From contig JAFYSH010000003.1 in the NCBI GenBank assembly GCA_017546605.1, forward strand, positions 6,248 to 70,247: a stretch of DNA of 64,000 nucleotides, given 5' to 3'. The notes beneath the pieces are model-generated. The model was not told where the DNA came from. It did not search any database and saw nothing but the letters and a program-made list of their open reading frames with translations. Both the position numbers and the translations under genes were made by a program. Position 1 is the stretch's first letter. Every line of letters starts with the position of its first letter. Origin of the DNA: Bacteroidales bacterium (GTDB lineage: Bacteria > Bacteroidota > Bacteroidia > Bacteroidales > UBA932). Shown here in pieces: positions 58,801 through 64,000 of the stretch.

Positions 58801-58978
58801 ACTAAACGGAGCCTTCTTGTCGTTTCCCGACTTGCAACAAGCCTTGGATTACTATTACCAATTGATGGATACGGTTGAACATTACGACGAGGATGACCGT
58901 ATGCCGGCATACGAAGCCCGCATAGAATTCCTAACACGAATGATTCAGGAGGCAGAATCAACTACGGGTTCAATCTAA
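55874..58978 (+). CDS. DUF2723 / TMEM260-like GT-C-fold glycosyltransferase with large C-terminal soluble domain
   Basis: 1034 aa from ATG 55874. TSFWDCGEFIASSYKLEVGHPPGNPVFQ at the first loop; more than 10 TM segments in the first ~560 aa. Confidence 0.8.
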   Translation: MDTRKFNLISRIAATLVLLIASFTYLMTMEPTTSFWDCGEFIASSYKLEVGHPPGNPVFQLFGRFFTMFTDAEHAAVAINTMSALCSAFTIFFLYLTIVHLARRIFEKNATAYGAMQSGHAWAIIGSGIVGALAYCWSDTFWFSAVEGEVYAMSSLFTAVVFWAMLKWEEEADEPYANRWIILIFFLMGLSIGVHLLNLLTIPALTFIWYYRKIKTPNSRNAFLTLCVSAILLAVILYGIIPFLPKMAAYFDLFFVNTLGMKFNIGAIFFLTCVLLATLAGLLYARRKEKVWVHTGLLAFLMIFIGYLPFCIIVIRSSANTPTNEYQPDNPFTLVRYLSREQYGSNPLIYGETFASIPDEVDAPTYYTPLDGRYHKTPGSYQYHFPSSSKMLFPRMWSRDPHHVNFYKSYLTGKGSIPQGGQERMPSMGENLHYFFNYQVNWMYTRYFMWNFAGRQNDLHGQVPGDPIRGNWECGIGWIDRLRLGDQSEGPDYIVNSASKNHYFLLPLLLGLIGLFFHWRKDKENAWVTTLLFLLTGLAIVVYLNQPPYQVRERDYAYAGSFYTFSIWIGLAVTACYGWMLRFFQKNEKARSLAAIGISAIALFVPVQMVAQNWDDHDRSGRYTARDMAYNYFASTEYNAILVTHGDNDTFPLWYLQEVEEQRPDLRVVNTSLLGTDWYIDQMKYKMYDSDPLPITIERKDYLYGTNEFPPIIERIKHPIPLKEFIELYKDPRIRVNQYGRESPYFPARQLILPVNKENVLNNGIVPEKDKDLILDSLILQLPADKKELTKPEYILLDVLAHYDWDRPIYFLSMGGDLGIGIRDYLEYDGFAYKLVPIASRPSYLEPEYANTDKLYYRIMDGVYRWESLCADDIHIDYQNLSTFNGLIRNLFTQVAGALYDEGKTEECIQILDRMQEVMRKDYYPLNTVAFPSYNEFAVIKAINLYYLCGATEKARTLADAFADETAIAIRLFSKPLNGAFLSFPDLQQALDYYYQLMDTVEHYDEDDRMPAYEARIEFLTRMIQEAESTTGSI

Positions 58979-59930
58979 GACGATCTTCAATCCATTTGAT
59001 CACAAGCGACCGGGACTCCTCGGTCGCTTGGTCTAAGGAGTTGAAGCAACCGAATTTATAGCCGTTTCTCTGTGTAAAGAGACGCAACTTTTCTTGCACA
59101 TATGCGTCATCTTTGGTTGGCTTCAGGTACAAAAGGTTGTCGTAAGCCTTTCTCAATGGAGTCAAGCCCATACGACGGAGCGCCATGTATTGAAGTACCT
59201 GGGGATTGAACTGGGTGTAATGACGAAAACGATGACGGATGTTACGCTCCAACACTTGTGGATGCTTCTCAAAATAACGTTGGTAGAAACTCTTACACAA
59301 AGCCTTGGGCGTATGATAAACTTTGAGCATCCTCGCCTTATAACCCAAAAGGGAAGCTGCATTCATCATGGTTTCCTTGTAGGTCACCGCTTTTCGACCA
59401 TCCAGACGACTCTTCAAGAAACGACTGATCCGTACCAGAATCGAACTGTACATTTTCCCGTAACAAATCGGATTCCCTTCGGGCGTAAAGAAATCTTGCG
59501 GATATACCGGAGCCGAGAGAATCAAGTCGTCATTAAACTCAATATAATGCTCGCTTAAGCCTGGAATTCGCCAGGTCATGGATTCAATGGTAATGGAATT
59601 GAACGTGGGTAAAAAGCGCTCATATCCTTCGAAAATCGTCTTGTGAGAGACAATCTCTACCGGGATATGGCCTTCGGGGAAATGCTTGTTGAGAAAGTCT
59701 CCCAAGCCCGGATCCTGATCGTCGGTCACTAAATAGATTTTATTCAGCCAAGGAGCAAAACGGTTCAAGGAAGCCACACAATAAAAGATTTCGCCCACAC
59801 TGATGTAGCGCGTGCTACCAGCAACATCATCGGTTACCAGCATCTTCTGAGTTCCGTACTGCTCCCGTTTTGCGATGTGGATCGGATCATTGCCATCCAC
59901 CCAAGTGATGACTGCATCAATCTTATTCAT
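58962..59930 (-). CDS. Stealth-family hexose-1-phosphate transferase, paralogue 1
   Basis: 322 aa. CR1 DAVITWVDGNDP; CR2 LPTFNSITIES...IPGLSEHYIEFNDD. Confidence 0.85.
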   Translation of the reverse strand: MNKIDAVITWVDGNDPIHIAKREQYGTQKMLVTDDVAGSTRYISVGEIFYCVASLNRFAPWLNKIYLVTDDQDPGLGDFLNKHFPEGHIPVEIVSHKTIFEGYERFLPTFNSITIESMTWRIPGLSEHYIEFNDDLILSAPVYPQDFFTPEGNPICYGKMYSSILVRISRFLKSRLDGRKAVTYKETMMNAASLLGYKARMLKVYHTPKALCKSFYQRYFEKHPQVLERNIRHRFRHYTQFNPQVLQYMALRRMGLTPLRKAYDNLLYLKPTKDDAYVQEKLRLFTQRNGYKFGCFNSLDQATEESRSLVIKWIEDRLRLNP

Positions 59931-60804
59931 TTTCGAAAGGAGATTTATTGGGGAATTTTTCTTGGAAACAACGCAAGATCATCTCGCGCATCTTTTGATA
60001 TCGTTCTTCGCTCAATTTCACATCATTGATGCAGACCAACTTGTGCGTAGGCTGCTCCAAAAACGCTTGTAAACGCGAAATGGAAGTTACTGCCACCGAA
60101 AACTGTTTTTTGGAAAGTCGCTCATTGAGCAGTTTTCCTTGCAAATACAGGTAATCGGTAAACAGATATTGCGTCAGATTACGCTCTGAACGAACCGCTG
60201 TCAAACTGGCTAAAATCGCCGGTTCCAGTCGTTCATAGACTTGCTCACATGCACTCTTGATCATCGGGGCACAGACGTGTTGGGGCCGCAAGAAACAAAG
60301 CGAAGGCTGTAAACCCAATGCCTGACGGGCCATCTTATCAGAATTCCGGCAGATTTTCTTGAACATTCCCCCGGCAAAGAGGTGACGACTCATCCCCAGG
60401 ACAGCCTTTCCACCCCGAAAGAAATCCGCAGGAGCAGCCATTTTGACCGGGAAAATATCGTCGTTAAAATAAAGATATTCCTCATCCAAGTCTGCGATAC
60501 GATGCAAGTGCATTTCGATCGTATTGCTATTAAAAGTAGGTAAATAGGCCGCGGGGATAATGTCCCGATGATACACCACATTTACCTGGGAGCGGTTGAT
60601 CCACGCAGGCACTTGGCTCTCTCGTGCAACCACCAGATGGACACGACGGATAAAAGGAAGATACGTAGCAATCCCACGAAACAAATAACGCAACGTACCC
60701 CAATCCCGGAAACGTTTCTCGAGCAAGGGAATCTGGGTATGATGTGCATACTCCTGCTGCCATTCAGGGTCCAACCCATTCACATACGTAATGACAATAT
60801 CCAT
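59923..60804 (-). CDS. Stealth-family hexose-1-phosphate transferase, paralogue 2
   Basis: 293 aa. CR1 DIVITYVNGLDPEW; CR2 LPTFNSNTIEMHLHRIADLDEEYLYFNDD. Overlaps paralogue 1 by 8 nt. Confidence 0.85.
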   Translation of the reverse strand: MDIVITYVNGLDPEWQQEYAHHTQIPLLEKRFRDWGTLRYLFRGIATYLPFIRRVHLVVARESQVPAWINRSQVNVVYHRDIIPAAYLPTFNSNTIEMHLHRIADLDEEYLYFNDDIFPVKMAAPADFFRGGKAVLGMSRHLFAGGMFKKICRNSDKMARQALGLQPSLCFLRPQHVCAPMIKSACEQVYERLEPAILASLTAVRSERNLTQYLFTDYLYLQGKLLNERLSKKQFSVAVTSISRLQAFLEQPTHKLVCINDVKLSEERYQKMREMILRCFQEKFPNKSPFENE

Positions 60805-60821
60805 CGATCCTGTTTATTAGT

Positions 60822-60859
60822 AGAAAAGTGAAAGCGGCCAATGAATCAACCGCCCTCAC
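60822..60859 (-). terminator. Rho-independent terminator after secDF
   Basis: On the minus-strand RNA, GUGAGGGCGG / CCGCUUUCAC (10 bp including two G-U pairs; 60850-60859 and 60828-60837), 12-nt loop, then UUUUC. Confidence 0.65.
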
Positions 60860-60910
60860 TTTCTTATTGAACACTATTTGGCAGTGATGCCATCAAGTGA
60901 ATTTTAATGA

Positions 60911-63900
60911 CTACTTCTTGGCTTGCAACTTCTTCGCTTTGCGTACACTCAAGTCATACATAACCGGAGAGCCAACAAAGATAGAAGCATAAGTACCAAC
61001 CACGATACCCACCAACAATGCTACTGCCAATCCACGAATCACTTCGCCACCGAAGATGGCAATAGCCAACATTACGATGATGGTAGATCCTGAGGTGTTC
61101 ACAGTACGTGACAAAGTGCTGTTCAACGCTTCATTTACATTTTCAGCCAGATCGCGTTTCGGGTACAAGCCCAAGTTTTCGCGGATCCGGTCAAAGATTA
61201 CCACGTTGTCATTGATTGAGTAACCAATGATGGTCAACACCGCAGCAATGAAGGTTTGATCCACATCCAAACTGAAGGGCAAGATGCCTGAGAAGAGGGA
61301 GAAGAAACCAATTACGATGATGGTGTTGTGTACCAAGGATACGACACCACCCATACCCCAAGTCCAGTTCTTGAATCGGATTGCGATGTAGCTGAAGATC
61401 GCGAACAATGCGATGATCACAGCAATCACTGCATCACGCTTCATATCGTTTGCAATTGTCGGACCTACTTTATCGGAGCTGATGATACCGTTCGGGTTAT
61501 CCAAAGTTGAGGTAAACTCACCAAAAGGAATTTCATTTGCGAAGAACGGTTTCAAAGCGGTGTACAACTTACCGTCAACGATTTCATCCATTTCAGTAGA
61601 GTTGTCGCTGATCATGTATTTGGTAGTCAATTTCAATTGCGAATCACCACCAAATTGTTTCACCTCAACAGTTTCACCAAATTCTGCAGTCGCAGCTTCA
61701 CGAACTTCTTCTGCCACTACCGGTTTGTCAAAGCGCACAACATAAGTACGACCACCTGTGAAATCTACCCCGTAAGAGAAACCTTTGGTGAAGATTGATA
61801 CCAACGCAATCACACAAAGAACAACAGATACGGTATAGGAGATTTTACGTTTACCCAAGAAGTCAACTTTTGTGTTTTGCAAGAAGTTCTTGGTAAAGTC
61901 AGTGTAGAAGTGAATGTTCTTACCACGAGCCAGACGAGATTCGAAAATCAAGCGGGTGATAAAGATGGAAGTCACCATAGAGGTAATAATACCGATTGCC
62001 AAGGTAGTTGCAAAACCTTGAACCGGGCCAGAACCGAATACAAAGAGTACAAACGCTGTAATCAAAGTGGTCAAGTTACCGTCAATGATCGCAGAATAAG
62101 CATTCTTGTAACCGTCGGTGATTGCCAAGCGCAAAGCCTTACCAGCACGCAATTCTTCTTTGATACGTTCGTAGATGATCACGTTCGCATCCACAGCCAT
62201 ACCCAAGGTCAATACCAAACCTGCGATACCGGGCAAGGTCAAAACTGCGCCAAATGAAACCAAAGCACCCATCAGGAAGAGTACGTTGCACAACAAAGCG
62301 ACGTCAGCAGCAACACCAGCACCGCGATAGAAGAACAACATATAAGCCAACACCAATACGAATGCGATGATGAAGGAAATGAAACCGGATTGGATGGATT
62401 CACTACCCAAGCTCGGTCCCACAACTTGTTCTTGAACAATGCGTGCAGGAGCCGGCAATTTACCTGACTTCAACACGTTCGCCAAGTCTTCTGCTTCTTC
62501 TTGAGAGAAACCACCGGTAATTTGTGAACGGCCACCGGTAATCTCAGTATTCACGCGAGGGTATGAATAAACCATGTCATCCAAGGAAATAGCAATGCTC
62601 TTTCCAATGTTGTCTGCAGTCAAACGAGCCCATACACGAGCACCTTCTGCATTCATTGCCATATCTACTTCAGGAGTTCCACCTGTTCCACTGTACACAA
62701 CGCGAGCGTCGGTAATCACACCACCATCCAGGGGAGCTTTGCCGTCACGGGTGCTAGCTTTCACTGCGATCAATTCATAGTAAGAGTCGCCTTGGAACAT
62801 TTCTGCGGGTTTCACTGACCACATCGGGATCATGTCAGCCGGCAAAATAGCTTGTACTTGCGGCAGACGCAACCAGTTGTTGATCTTAGCCGTATCGCGG
62901 TAGTGAGCAATACCGATGCAGGGACCGCCCATCAATTGACCGTTGTATTGGTTCGGGTTCAACGCATAGAAGAACGGATTGCTCTTTGCATAGTTTGCTT
63001 CATCCAATGAAAGGCTGTCTTGTTGGATCAATTGGGCAGCCAAGTCGTCAGTAGCAACCGCTTCAGCAGCTTCCACTTGATCAACCGTCAAATATTCACG
63101 GATGTATGCATTTACCTCTTGCAAATAAGGATAAACTTCTTGGTTTTCGTAGGTTGTCCAGAATTCCAAAGAAGCAGTTCCTTGAAGGAGTTTACGTACA
63201 CGTTCCGGCTCTTTTACACCCGGCAATTCCACCAAGATGCGACCTGAGCTACCCAAACGTTGGATGTTCGGAGATGCTACACCGAAACGGTCGATCCGGT
63301 TACGCAATACGTTGTATGAGTTTGCAATTGCACTTTCAGCTTCTTCACGGATTACTTTGATCACTTCTTCATTGCTGCTTTCCGGTTTAATGCGGTCACG
63401 CATTTCATAAGTACCGAAAACAGAAGAAAGACGTTGGTTCGGAGCAACTTCAGCCCAAGCGTCTGCAAACAAAGTGATGAAATCCTCACGAGAATCCAAA
63501 GAACGGGTTTGTGCCAAAGACAGGGCATTTTGGAATTCAGCAGAAGTGTTGTTGTCAGCCATAGCACGAATCAAATCGCTCAATTCAACTTGCAACATCA
63601 CGTTCATACCACCCTTCAAGTCAAGACCCAAATTGATCTCTTTTTCTTTTACTTGTTTGTAAGTAAAGCCCAAATAGACTTTTTCAGTAGAGATCGAATC
63701 CAGATAGAATCTGTTTTTCTCTTTACGAATTGAATCCAGGTAGTAAACCTTGTCCAGGTCGGATACCCGTTGAAACGAAGGAGATTGCTGTTCCAACAAA
63801 ACAGCTTTTTCAGCATACTCGGCTGCCTTCTTTTCCTGGCGACTGGTTACCAGTGTGAATGACAACTGCCATGCGCACGCCAGACCGATTAATAATGCCA

Positions 63901-63928
63901 CCAACTTGATGGCTCCTTTACTTTGCAT
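60911..63928 (-). CDS. secDF: Fused protein-export membrane protein SecDF
   Basis: 1005 aa. SecD-like N-terminal half with a large periplasmic domain, SecF-like C-terminal half. A single fused ORF, as is usual in Bacteroidetes. Confidence 0.96.
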   Translation of the reverse strand: MQSKGAIKLVALLIGLACAWQLSFTLVTSRQEKKAAEYAEKAVLLEQQSPSFQRVSDLDKVYYLDSIRKEKNRFYLDSISTEKVYLGFTYKQVKEKEINLGLDLKGGMNVMLQVELSDLIRAMADNNTSAEFQNALSLAQTRSLDSREDFITLFADAWAEVAPNQRLSSVFGTYEMRDRIKPESSNEEVIKVIREEAESAIANSYNVLRNRIDRFGVASPNIQRLGSSGRILVELPGVKEPERVRKLLQGTASLEFWTTYENQEVYPYLQEVNAYIREYLTVDQVEAAEAVATDDLAAQLIQQDSLSLDEANYAKSNPFFYALNPNQYNGQLMGGPCIGIAHYRDTAKINNWLRLPQVQAILPADMIPMWSVKPAEMFQGDSYYELIAVKASTRDGKAPLDGGVITDARVVYSGTGGTPEVDMAMNAEGARVWARLTADNIGKSIAISLDDMVYSYPRVNTEITGGRSQITGGFSQEEAEDLANVLKSGKLPAPARIVQEQVVGPSLGSESIQSGFISFIIAFVLVLAYMLFFYRGAGVAADVALLCNVLFLMGALVSFGAVLTLPGIAGLVLTLGMAVDANVIIYERIKEELRAGKALRLAITDGYKNAYSAIIDGNLTTLITAFVLFVFGSGPVQGFATTLAIGIITSMVTSIFITRLIFESRLARGKNIHFYTDFTKNFLQNTKVDFLGKRKISYTVSVVLCVIALVSIFTKGFSYGVDFTGGRTYVVRFDKPVVAEEVREAATAEFGETVEVKQFGGDSQLKLTTKYMISDNSTEMDEIVDGKLYTALKPFFANEIPFGEFTSTLDNPNGIISSDKVGPTIANDMKRDAVIAVIIALFAIFSYIAIRFKNWTWGMGGVVSLVHNTIIVIGFFSLFSGILPFSLDVDQTFIAAVLTIIGYSINDNVVIFDRIRENLGLYPKRDLAENVNEALNSTLSRTVNTSGSTIIVMLAIAIFGGEVIRGLAVALLVGIVVGTYASIFVGSPVMYDLSVRKAKKLQAKK

Positions 63929-63976
63929 ATTAAGTTAATTTTAGTTTAAATTTCCAGTTAACCGAAATTAAGAGTG

Positions 63977-63984
63977 CAAAAGTA
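63977..63984 (-). promoter_or_regulatory. -7 box (TACTTTTG) for secDF
   Basis: Plus strand caaaagta; 48 nt upstream of ATG 63928. Confidence 0.5.
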
Positions 63985-64000
63985 GTATTTTTTTCTAATA

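Overview
This window is a densely packed, almost entirely housekeeping chromosomal segment from a Bacteroidota (Bacteroidales-like) bacterium. The taxon call rests on a fused SecDF, a BACON-GH33 sialidase, class 3 FBPase, a GH3-family gene, the DUF4271-HemD-like-rnpA-yidD synteny, and TAnnTTTG promoter boxes in nearly every intergenic spacer.

I call 50 protein genes and one tRNA-Gln(UUG):
- Left end: str operon (rpsL-rpsG-fusA, with fusA truncated by the window edge), a YfcC-type carrier diverging from a CtlX-like amidinotransferase-fold enzyme, fbp, MATE, rsgA.
- Next: polyprenyl synthase plus a U32 protein, ctp, rdgB-recO-GH3, rnr, gpmI-dnaE, and a ThiL-like protein.
- Middle: sufBCD, nrdJ-ispE-porin-Gate transporter, an S37/S28-like peptidase, tyrS-rbfA-lolE-like, groES-groEL, NhaD-like permease, tadA, yqaA-like, and the sialidase.
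- Right end: a thioredoxin-fold lipoprotein, a Na/Pi cotransporter, a 960-aa HExxH/propeller/barrel protein, uvrC, an OlsF-like bifunctional acyltransferase, the SUI1-DUF4271-HemD-like-lipoprotein-rnpA-yidD operon, a DUF2723 GT-C protein, two tandem Stealth proteins, and secDF.

By hand tally only about 1.75 kb is not covered by a called gene (about 97% coding). Six of eleven convergent gene pairs physically overlap.

I found no CRISPR array, no transposase, integrase or phage genes, no obvious repeats, and no recognisable defence or toxin-antitoxin module. I therefore cannot point to a clear-cut novel system.

The best second-look candidates are:
- the DUF2723 GT-C plus double-Stealth cluster, which lies outside any capsule locus;
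- the outer-membrane HExxH multidomain protein;
- a ThiL-fold protein whose catalytic acidic residues look replaced;
- the sufD-hairpin-nrdJ-ispE-porin-Gate unit;
- the atypical groES upstream region.

All motif coordinates were hand-counted and anchored on ORF-track start and stop codons. No similarity search or folding calculation was possible.
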